NCBI GenBank assembly: GCA_964252035.1 | Contig: OZ176209.1 | Length of the DNA: 64,000 nucleotides | Reading direction: 5' to 3' (one strand) | Source: Podarcis erhardii | Taxonomy: Eukaryota | Part shown: piece by piece, positions 11,601 to 23,400 of the stretch | Layout: each line of letters starts with the position of its first letter | How positions within the stretch are numbered: the first letter of the stretch is position 1 | The notes under the pieces: generated by a model | What the model saw: the letters and a program-made list of their open reading frames with translations, nothing else | Told to the model about the DNA's origin: nothing | The model's database searches: none | Program-made: the position numbers and the translations under genes

Positions 11601-14600
11601 CTCCCTTCAAGTCAGGCCAGATTAGCCCAATGGTCAGGGATGATGGAAGTTGTAGTCCCACAACTTTTAATGGGCCACCAGTCCCACAGCCTTCTATATG
11701 CGATGCCACAACATGCTCTGGACTGAGTTTCCCTATTCAGGAAAACCGAAACAGCAATAATAAATTTACTATTCAATGCTTAAATTGTCTACAATTCCAT
11801 TTTGTTCCACATTCCCTCCCACTGCTAACGTTTGTTGTTCAATTTCTCCTTAACGTTTCAGCTGTCTTGTTTCATTCTTGGGAGGTATCTCTGCGTTCAT
11901 ATTTTATGTCAATATAATAGAGTGCAAATGGATCTCTTTGTCTGGAATAACCTGGAAGTAATCTAGGAATATGTCTTAAACTTCGGCTCATTAAGATAAA
12001 CACTAAATTTGCATTGAGCTCCAAATGACCAAAAACAACCCTGACTTGGCTTCTTTCCCAACACATGCTGGGCTCCTGTTGTGTGAGGAAATGAACATGA
12101 TGAAAGTGTTCTCTTACAGCTTTGGAAGGCCCAAGAGGTCAAGGAAGGATTAAGGTAGGACAGGAAAAACACCCTTTCTAAAGGCATGTACACAGGTGCT
12201 TATTCTGTGATCCCTGTAGCCCACTTTCTATGAGAAACATTGGTCTGTGTTATGACTACCTCTCTGTAGCTGATTCACAACCAGTGGCTATGGTTTTGAG
12301 GCCAGTGCTACTCAAAAGTGGTGGTCCATGAACCAGCGCTGGTTCACAAGCCATCTGCTGCCTGTCTGCATTGGACTCCACCCCAGGTTGAGTGGGATGC
12401 TTGAGGGACCAAATACAGTACCGGTCCTCAGCAAATTGGGGCAGGGTAAATTGCTGGTCCACTGCATTAAATAGTTTGAGAAGCCCAGACATAAGAACTT
12501 GGTTTTGATAGGAATATTCTGGAAGCGGAATTTGTGAGAGGACCTCAGCAGCTACGGGGGAGTTGTGGTTAAGGAGATGTTGGTAATGTACTTTCCAGCA
12601 CAGTGCAATAGCTTCTTTATCTTTTAGAACTGTGGTACCATCTGCTGAGCATAGGGGGCATATGCCATGATTTATTGGCCCATAGATGGTCTTTGTGGCT
12701 TTAAAGAAACTCTGTGCATCATGAGTGTCGAAGACAGGTGAACTAATATCAGTGTACTGGATGAAGCAAAGATCACCAGTGTTGAAGCAATGATTCTTCA
12801 ACATCAGCTTCGTTGGACTGGTCATCTTGTGTGGATGTCTGATTATCGTCTTCTGAACTTAAAAATGGAAAGTGTAATGCTGGTGGTCAACAAAAGAGGT
12901 TTAAAGACTCTCTCAAGGCAAATCTAAAAAAATGTAGTATAAACACCGAAAACTGGGAAACACTGGCCTGCTAGCGCTCCAACTGGAGAACAGCCTTGAC
13001 CAAAGGTGTCATGGACTTTGAAGATACTCAAACTCAAAACACAAGGGAGAAACTTGCTAAGAGGAAGGCACGCTTGGCAAATCCACATCGTGATCAGCTC
13101 CCGCCTTGGAACCAATGTCCCTACTGTGGAAGGACGTGTGGATCCAGAATTGGCCTCCACAGTCACTTATGGACTCACTGTTAAAACCATGTTTATGGAA
13201 GACAATCTCACTCGGCTACAAGTGATCACCAAAGAAAAGAAGATTCTGGGAGCAAAAGTGCTGGCCTTTTCCATGAATGCTTCCTGTGTTTTTAGTTTGG
13301 ATTTATAAGAGCCAAACTAGATGTGATGCAGCAGCTGCATGATTCATGGAGGATAAGTCTGTCAATGTCTGTTAGTGATGACAAGTGGGACTGGACCTGC
13401 AACATTAATGTTGCACTATAGACTGCTCCTGCTGTTTAGGGTTCAAGCCAATAAGTTATTCCATCTTCTAGGGGATGCCTTTATTTCCCGCAGCTGATGG
13501 CTTTCTGGTTCTCTCCCCTACAACAAGCATTCCATGCATACACGTGCTCTGTCCTCACTGGGTGGTCTCCGCAGTTTCTTCAGACCTCCTGACACCTCCC
13601 TCTCATCCGTGGAGGGTGCCATTTTGGCTACATAACGACCAGCACTCAGAGGATTGAGTTCAGTATTAGTGTACATAACAGCTATATGCAGCTTGCAGGA
13701 TTCAGAGACACCTCTGAAATTACCAGTTGCTGAGGAAAGACAGGAGCAGGCTATTGCCCTTAGCTTTGCAAGCCCAGTCTGTTTGCATCCCCCTTGTTGC
13801 TTTTAAGTCTTTTAAAAGAGTTGGGAGTTCTGATAATGTAGCTCCCACATAAGGATAAGTGTATCTGTCAGTTTTGGTTTCTCTCATTTTAAATTTTCCA
13901 GTCTTCAGTTCTCCATATTTCCACATCACTTTGCATTTTTGTTACAGTGTTTTGTTCAGCACTGTATTCATCCTAATATAGACATGGTTTTTATGCAGTT
14001 TTGCCTAATAACACACATTTTTGCAAAAGGTTTTCCCTTGATATAATGCTGCTATTTCATGAATATGCACAACTTACCCTAATATTTGCATTTTTGTACA
14101 CATAACTTGGCTGGTGAACTGCAAATAGAGGCTGAAGGCCCAGCAAGACGGGAATTTACCTTTGCCCTTAACACGGGGCCAAGCGCCGCTATTGGTCAGC
14201 TGGTCCCACGCCCAGGGTACACACACTAATTCCTGTCACCATTGGCCAATTGGGTGGCAGGAGGATGATCTGGCCTGCAATAAGCCGGTTCACAGAGGAG
14301 GTCTGGGGGCCGCCCACAAAACTGCCTGCCTGAGAAGGGGCGAATGGACTTCTCCCACATCCCATGCCACTTTTTTTTTTTTTTTTTAAATGCTCTAAGT
14401 GGCTGTCTTAGGCCAGAGACAGATATTAGTATTTTGGAGAGGTGCCATCATTGTCTGCGATGTGACTGCTGGCTTTTTCCATTCCACCAGAGCAGGAGCT
14501 TCATGCACTGAACAGATGCATAAACTTGTCAGTGCTACAGGAAACACAAAAGTTGATATTTTGTCCCCTTCAATGGCATGGATGGAATAATTTGGCACTG

Positions 14601-17442
14601 ATGATGCATGGACCAGATCCAAACAAAACCCTATCTGTTATAAAACAACGTGAGTCAAAGCACAATGTCTTTGATCACAGTTGGCTTTTTCATAGTCAAG
14701 TCAGTGTGAACAGTGCTCTAAAAATGCCAGGGCGGCGGGGGGGGGGGAGGGAGGTCACAACTAAGCCGAACATCTGCTATTGTTTCATTGAACCAACAAT
14801 GGTTGGATTTGGGCCAGTCATTTACACCGGAGCAAATATTTTGCTCTTTTCAGGCACACAGTCCCATCACAAATTCTTGTAGGAGTTGGGAAAAGGCTTT
14901 GTCATTGCAGTTGTGTGCCTGTGTGGTACTCATATGGGATTTGAGAGGTGCAGAGTGTGGGAATTGAGGGAATCCTCCACCCAATGCATGAGTTCACAAA
15001 CGCAGACCCTGCAAGTATCCCTATTTTCCAGGGATGCACCTGATTTAGAGAAGCCACCCTGGTTTCTGATTTGATCCCAGAATGTCCCACTTTCCCTTAG
15101 GACGTCCCTATTTTCATTGGGGAAATGTTGGAGGGTATGGAGTTATCTGACCCTCGAGCCATCTGAAGACAATCCTGTATAGGGAAGTTTTTAAAAATGT
15201 TTTATTATGTTTATATATACCTTAGAAGCTGCCCAGAGTGGCTGGGGCAACCCAGTAAGATGTGTGGGATATAAATAGTAAAATTATTATTATGGAATGG
15301 GACGTCCCTATTTCCATCAGAGAAATGTTAGAGGGTATGCGTAACATGGAGGAAGAAGGTGTTTGTCCATGGTTTGGGGGGAACCAGTTCCATAGGAGCA
15401 GTGAGCAAGTCCCTTTTGCCATGAGGAAAATTCATAATGAATAATTGGACTGGGAATGAATGGTTCTGAGCATATGTATGCGACATCTATAACAGTTTTA
15501 TTCATGTTACAGATAGGTAGCCGTGTTGGTCTGCCATGGTCAAAACAAAATAAAAAAATTCCTTCCAGTAGCACCTTAAAGACCAACTGAGTTAGTTCTA
15601 GGTATGAGCTTTCGTGTGCATGCACACTTCTTCAGATACATGTGTATCTGAAGAAGTGTGCATGCACACGAAAGCTCATACCTAGAACTAACTCAGTTGG
15701 TCTTTAAGGTGCTACTGGAAGGAATTTTTTTATTTAGTTTTATTCATGCTTTTGATCCCCCTGGCTCCCCCTCAAAGAATCTAGTGAACTGTAGTTTGAT
15801 GAGAGCGCTGACTCTCTCTGTTGGGTAGCCCAAGAGTGCAAGTATAAACACACACACACACACCAGAATTTGGGGAAGAAAAAATGACTAGGACACTAGT
15901 GTGGGTATACCTTCCATGTAGGCAACTAGGTTTCAAAGGATGGGTGTGTTTCAGCTCACATATTGTTTTGGAAAGTGACTTCACCTTTAAAATGCAAAAC
16001 TGAAACAAATTTCTTTCCCCAACCCTAAATCTCAGTGAATTTGACTTCCACGTGCCTTCATTATTATGTTTTAATAAGGAGACCAGGAGGAGAATACTTG
16101 TGTGAAAGCAATTTTTGTTGTTGTATTCTACTGGGTGAGAGCATTAATGTGTCCTGCCTTGGGCTTTGGGGAGAAAGGTTCAGCTTAGGAGGGATTTATG
16201 CTGTTTCTAGGTTACAAACTGCAAATCCAAATAAATATAAAAGCTGGTTGTTTTGCTGTTGATGTTGTATGTGCATTTTTTTAAAGGAGGAATGCAGATG
16301 CAGAGGAAGACCATGGCTAGGATTCTTCCTTACTTATTTTGCGTATTTATTACATTTCCTCCAAGGGGCTTACAGAAGTGTAAATAAAAAGTCCCCCCCT
16401 CCCATTTTTTTATCCTCACAACCACCCTGTGAGGTAGGTTCAGCTGAGAGGGTGTGACTGGGCCAAAATCCCCTCATGGCTAAGAAGGAACTTGAACCTG
16501 GATCTCCCCAGTCCAGCTCTCTGACCACTGCATCACACTAGATCTCTCTCTCTTCAAACCCAGTTTTTATGTTCTAAGAAAGACATTAGCGTATTTTTCG
16601 CCCCATAGGACGCACTTTTCCCCCTCCAAAAATGAAGGGGAAATATGTTTGCGTCCTATGGGGCGAATGCAGGCTTTCGCTGAAGCCTGGAGAGCGAGAG
16701 GCATCGGTGCGCACCGACCCCTCTCGCTCTCCAGGCTTCAGGAATCTATCTGCAAGCCTTGCAAGCCCGGCGGGAGTTCCCACGGGCTCACAAGGCTTGC
16801 GGGCAGCAGCCTGCAGCCCCGGCGAGTGTCCGCAAGCCTTGCGCGCCCGGCGGGAGGTCCCGCCGAGCGCGCGAGGCTTGGGGCAGCAGCCTGCCGCCCG
16901 AAGCACGCGGAGCCCTCTGGAGGGTGCCCCGTGCTTCAGGCAGGTGTGTGCAAGGCTTGGGGCGGCAGCCGCGGCTGGGGGGGAGTGTCTGTGCTTCGGG
17001 TGAGTGTCTGCAAGCCTTGCACGCCCGGCGGGACGTCCCGCCGAGCGCGCGAGGCTTGGGGCGGCAGCCTGCAGCCCGAAGCACGCAGAGCCCTCCGGAG
17101 GGTGCCCCGTGCTTCAGGCAGGTGTGTGCAAGGCTTGGGGCGGCAGCCGCGGCTGGGGGGGAAAATAATTTTTTTTATTCATTTCCCCCCCAAAAAACGA
17201 GGTGCGTCCTATGGGCCGGTGCGCCCTATAGGACGAAAAATACGGTAATTTGTGTTCTGTGATCAGTCACCACTGGAAGTTGTTAGATTCTTATGTCTAC
17301 TACTTGAGTGACAAACCTACAAGTAGGTTAAATGACTGTGTGCTATTTATTTATTTATTTAGGACTGTGTGCTTTTTAAATTGTGCGTCTGTTTGCCAGC
17401 CTGGGTTCCTTGGAGGAAGGGCGAGTTATTTCAATCAATCAG

Positions 17443-17476
<34 letters not shown>

Positions 17477-20400
17477 CTTGATCACTACAGCCTGTCGCTT
17501 CTTCAGCACCCAACCATTCCTCCTGCCATCCTCCCTTTGAGTACTCCTCAGTGTCCTACCTCCAATCCCTGGGCTCTGAGCCTTCCTCCTCTGGGGCTTC
17601 TCTTGGGGGTTCCCCATCTGGTACCACTCCTGTTATCTAGGGACTCAGCTAGACTGGTAAAGAAAAAGCGATTGATACGTGTTGTATATGCGATATAACA
17701 TTGTGCCACCAGATGGTGCTGTGGAGTCCTGTTTTTCTCTACTTGTTTCCCCTGATTAAATTTACAACGCGTTTAACTGGAACGCTTCTTTGATGTGTCT
17801 AGATCCAGCCATGGATTCAGCTATACAGCTGCAAATAAAACGTTTTAAGTGTGTTTTAAGTGCAATATACAATGTGATGCTAGATGGCGATGATGAGCCC
17901 TATGGAAAATTCAATGTATTTTTAAAAAACACTTTTTTTGGAGGGGGGGAAAAGCATTTTCAGAATGGTTTTTATATGTGTGTGTAGATTCCACCTTAGC
18001 CAGTCCCTGACGTGCTGTAAGATCTGGACTCCCTCTGTCTAAATTCAAGTGCAAATATGTGAATAAACCATATTTCTTAAAGGTACTGCATCTTCAAATC
18101 TCCAATGCAGCACAGACCCTGCTTGAGGGCCAAAACCCCTGGAATTCCATGTGTGGCTTGGCAGAGATTGGGGTGGCCTGTAACAATATTCAATAACTGC
18201 CTCCCTCTCCCTTGATTCAATGTGATGGCAGGTCTATCTAGGGGAGCCTGCTGTGGCAGGTACTTCAACTCAGGTGACCCACAAACTCTGTTCCAGCCCT
18301 GTTGTTTCAATTCAGAAATAAGTAAGAGGAAAATTTCCACTTGGATTGTCTCCAGAACCATATAAAGCAAGGGAGGGGGGACAGACTATGCTTTTGTTTG
18401 AGAGTCCTCATTGATATATTCAGTTTTCACCTGAACTGCTGTTTTGTTTTAGCTTGGATCTTAGCGATCTTGAGATGGAAAAAATATCGAACAAAAAGAT
18501 TCGCCCAGAAACCTCCAGTTCCTTCATTCAGCAATTAAGTTGGTCTTCTCAATTAAGTTAGTGGCAGTTAAAATTGTCAGGGTTGAGTATTGGAGATTGG
18601 ATTTGGTGCCCTTTGTTTTTATAAGCACTTAAACACTTGCTATAGTAGGAATGGAGAAACGGGCTAAATTCCAACTGCACTTATTTATTAATTGCTTGGA
18701 TACATATTGCAGTCAAGCGCTGCTAAAGTCATATATTCTATTTAATAATGTGTTCTATATCTGTGTATATTCTCATGATCTTCATAGGGAATATTAATGT
18801 ACCAGGAAATGACATGTGAGCTGCTACATGGAGATGTGGGGCAGCTGGAATAAGGAAAAATCCTCTAATATCTGGGTCATCCACGATGTATTTGAGCCCT
18901 CCCAAGTCACCTTACCTTTCTGCATTCTCGATTTATATTCTTAGCTGTCACTTCTATGTATTCTAGTACACCTGAACAGCAGCAAAATTTGTAGAGTGAC
19001 CTATTTGTTGTTATTTACTGCCTTTATATCCTACGTTTTCCTTCAAGGCTCTCAAGGAGAGCTTTGCCCCTCTCCAGATTATCCTCACAGCAACCCTGTG
19101 ATTAAGGTTGGAGACTGTGAGAGACAATGACTGGCCCTGGGTCACCCAGTGAGCTTTGTGTCTGAGGAGGGATTTGAACCCTGCTCTCCCAGGTTCTAGT
19201 CCAGCATTCTAACCACTGCACCACATTTGCAGCTTTGACTGGAGGCCTGGATAAACAGAAGAGTCCAGCTGCAATGGCAAAGTCTCCATTTCAGTGAGCT
19301 TTCAGAGGGAACACGTTCCTTCCTTGCTTCCACCATCCCATCCCTTATACAGTGGTACCTTGGGTTAAGAACTTAATTCGTTCTGGAGGTCCGTTCTTAA
19401 CCCGAAACAGTTCTTAACCTGAAGCACCACTTTAGCTAACGGGGCCTCCCGCTGCCGCCGCGCCACCACCACATGATTTCTGTTCTCATCCTGAAGCAAA
19501 GTTCTTAACCCGAGGTACTATTTCTGGGTTAGCGGAGTCTGTAACCTGAAGTGTCTGTAACATGAAGCGTCTGTAACCCGAGGTACCACTGTAATGTTTG
19601 AAGGCTAAGCAGGCTTTGCTGTAGGTCTACTCGAAGCTCCGGCCACCTGCCTGCCTAACCCAGCTGTTCTTCGCAGCAAATTGCTGATGCTGTGCCTGCG
19701 TTTTGCCCTCTTGCCAGGTGGTGTACTTCACTGCTACGTTCCCATACCTCATGCTGGTAGTTCTGCTGATCAGGGGTGTCTCCCTTCCTGGGGCATCTAA
19801 AGGGATCCTCTTCTACCTTTACCCAGACCTCACTCGGCTCAGTGATCCACAGGTAAGCTGAGAGAAGCAATGAGAGGCTTCCTTATCATCGTGTATCCCT
19901 TTTGCAAATCTCTCTTATCCCCCACCCACCCACAACCTGCTTCCTTTATGTTTCTTTTTTCTTTGTCTCCTTTTAAGGATGCCTCCAGACAGGTGTGTGT
20001 TGTGGGATTGATGCTGCTCATGTATGCAGGTTGTTTGCAGCACCTGCTGCATCACTGACATCAAAATGACACCCTTTAACCCCCCCCTTTAACCCGGATT
20101 TATCCTTTCTGTGGAAAATCTCATCAGATTTTTTTTTTTTAAATATAACCTTGCTGCCAATGAACCTTTTAGGAACATACCGATCTGCCTTATACGGAAC
20201 CAGACAAAAAGCAGAGGAGGGGGTGACCCCGATACAGGTAACAAAAAAGGCAAAGTTGCGGGAACCTGATTAAGAACGATGTTGCTATAAATACGTGGAA
20301 CAATACAAGCCAAGGCCGTTAAGTGCTAAGGCCGCTGTGTGAACGAAAACACTGCAATTTCCCAAACAATACAGAATATGTGGAAAATGAAACAATTCTG

Positions 20401-23400
20401 CAAAGAAAACGGGGGGGGGGATCTCTAGGGCTGAACCTCCGTATTATTTTTTATTTCTTCAACAAATGGAGGATATCCATGGATGACAGCAATTAACCCA
20501 TTTTTGCCTCAGTTTTTCTTTCTGGATTTTTCTCCTGCCCAGGGGAATCTCCTTGTTGCAATTCTGTTATATGCTCCTGGGCAACAAAGGTGGTTGTGAC
20601 TCCAAACACTATGATGAATCTTCCTTCATCAAGCAGGGCTGAAAATCCAGCTTTTATGTATACAAGCGCCCACCTCTACCATGGGACTCTCCCCACACTG
20701 CACCTCCTCCTCAGCCACCAAACCTCCTCTTCCCAGGCCATGACACAACCCTCAGTATGGTGCCCATAGATGCCTTTGGTGGCAGTCACTTTTTGTTTCT
20801 TAAAGGCAACATTGTGCCACCTTTATGCTTTTTATGGGCCTTAGTGAGTGATAGCTTTTTTCGATGCTCAGGTGCTTAGAGTTTGCTGAGGGGCAACAAC
20901 AAGCGGTAAACGGATCTGGTGCATCTGTTCAGAAGCAGCTGTTGTAGCCTCCTTGGCCCCGCAACTGCTCCCCCCTCCTCGCCTCTCCTTTTCCCCTCAG
21001 TCACCAAAGCTCGTTCCACTTTGCCTGGCTGAAAAGTTCCTTGCCCAACTGCCCTCTTTTAATCTCTTCAAGACAAGTTCCTCCATGTCAAATCCTGGTT
21101 CCAGCTGAGCTGCTGTGCCAGCCTTTTTGTGTGGAGGAGGTGTCTACAAAGGAGATTAAGGGGGTGCCTGCCTGGGGGGGGGGAGGTCAGCAAAATCCTT
21201 TGTAACCCCTTTAAACCCCTCCCAGGCCAGCCTAGAAGCTTTATTTTGACAGCATCAGTAGAGAGGTGCTATTCCTGGAGGATAAGGCAATCAATGGCTA
21301 CAAGCAATGATGGCTGTATTCTGCTTTCACGGCTGAAGGTACACTCCTCAAAATTATTCTTTGAATTTCAAAGGAGAGATGGTTACCCAGTCATTCTTTT
21401 CAGGTTTCAATATTTTTCCAAAAATTCTCTGAAAACCTGGCCGCTGTATTAAATTCCGACAGTTGAAAATTTTGCAATATTTGATAGTTCACGCAAAGGG
21501 ATATTGAGTATTTGGCAGTACTGAAAGCCAGTGTCGTGTAGTGGTTAAGAGCGGTAGTCTCGCAATCTGGTGAACCGGGTTCACTTCCCCGCTCCTCCAC
21601 ATGCAGCTGCTGGGTGACCTTGGGCCAGTCACACTTCTCTGAAGTCTCTCAGCCCCACTCACCTCACAGAGTGTTTGTTGTGGGGGCAGAAGGGAAAGGA
21701 GAATGTTAGCCACTTTGAGACTCCTGAAGGGGAGTGAAAGGCGGGATATCAAATCCAAACTCCTCCTCCTCCTCGTCTTCTTCTTCTTCTGATGGCAGAT
21801 GGTGTAACACAGTTGTTTTCAAGTCTGTTACCTTCAGTGAGCACAGCGGTGGAGGATTTTGTCACCCCCTCTGGGATGACACCTGGTGTGGACCGCCCCC
21901 ACCGCCCCCCTTCCTACGCCCCTGAGTGAGCACTTTCCAAGTCAACATGTGCCAAATGCATGTCTACTGCAACATTCCTGCACACCAAGGAGGATTTTAG
22001 GTTATGTTCCAGGCTGCGTGTTGCCTGCATTTGCATGTTGATATTTCAGCTTAATCGGCTGAGATGTGGATGGGCATCATGCACCCACATGCATCCCTTT
22101 GCTGTCACCATGATCTTTCCTTTGCACCAACCAGGTTGTTTCCTGTAACATGCAGATGGAGAAACTAGGGCAAATGGCTTCTAAGCAAAGCAGAATATGA
22201 AGCCATGCTTTAAAGTGGGCTTGCAGATATTGGTTTATTTGGCAGCCATTTGCTATAATTCTGGGTTCAAATGTGATGAAAAGCTGTAGTTAATTATGGC
22301 TTCCTGGCTTATATAATACCTTCCAACTTTTCCCGATGCAAAACCGGAACGCACGTCTTTGGGATATGCTTCCGGGTGAGTCACGTGAACTGCACCTTGC
22401 TCCTGCCCTGGAAAATGTGCTATTTTGGAAGGGGTGGGGTGAGATTGTGGTCCCAGGAAAAGTGCCATGCTTTTTCATGAAACCACTGTAAACACTTGGG
22501 AGTCACCACACAAACAGTTTTGTAATCAGAGCGAAAGTGGCTTTGTGGAAACCGCATCAAATCCCAGTATTTCAGAAGAAGCCAGAGGATTGAGAGTAAT
22601 TGTGGATAACATCATGTGTACATGGATTCGAAGGCTGGCGTGAAAATAGACTAAAGCCAGACGAAAGGGTAATGTGTGACAGAGGGACCTCACTTGACAC
22701 AACAGATCAGCTTCCCTTTTTCTTCCCTACTTAATTTTACTGTTAGGGAAGGGGGACAGAAAAGGACTTTCTTTTGGGGAGGTAAATTGCCTCTTGATAC
22801 TGTAGGCTGAGGTATTTTCTCTAGTGGAGTTATTGACAAACAAGTCCCATCCACTGTCTTTCAAGTGGCAAAGCTTCCTTGAGGTGATGCTCATTCCACT
22901 TTGCAATGTTTTTTCTGTTGCTTACAGGTATGGATGGATGCAGGTACTCAGATCTTCTTCTCTTATGCCATTTGTCTGGGATGCCTGACAGCTCTGGGCA
23001 GCTACAACAAGTATCATAACAACTGCTTCAGGTAACTGAATGTGAGTCCACCATGCAAAGTCCTGCCCTTTTCACTTGTTGTTGTTTTCTTTCTGAACCT
23101 TCAGTATACTTTCTGCAAAGCAGCAGAACTTTACTGGATTAAAATAATCCCTGCTCTGATCCTGTGTGTTGTGTTTCTCAAACTGCCTGTCTTTTCCAAA
23201 TGAGTTTTTAAATTTGTTCGTTTTCCAGAAACTAAAAGGTGAGTCATCTGTTACAAGAAACACAAGGCTTCTACCAAAAATGGATCTTCCATATCAAGTT
23301 GTCCCCTTCCAGCCCTCTGTAAAATGTAGCAAAATTTAACCCACTTTTTCACATTGGTTGGTTCCACAATACTAACATAATCTGGAATTGCCATCCTTCA

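Larger units (their letters stand above)
15507..15735 (-). mobile_element. Penelope-like element terminal-repeat (pLTR) insertion with inverted duplication
   Basis: 13-bp TSD AGTTTTATTCATG (15494-15506, 15736-15748); reptile PLE-type terminus gtagccgtgttggtctg..gtagcacctt; perfect 93-bp arms around a 2-nt spacer. Confidence 0.82.

Noticed and set aside
12256-12825. 189-aa minus-strand ORF as an intact retroelement protein
   Set aside because: Chimeric: only 12527-12729 is RTE-like. The rest is antisense RT tail, unique DNA and a MER5-like MITE.
16586-17262. Overlapping 100-200 aa GC-rich ORFs
   Set aside because: Stop-poor frames caused by the GC-rich tandem interior of a MITE.
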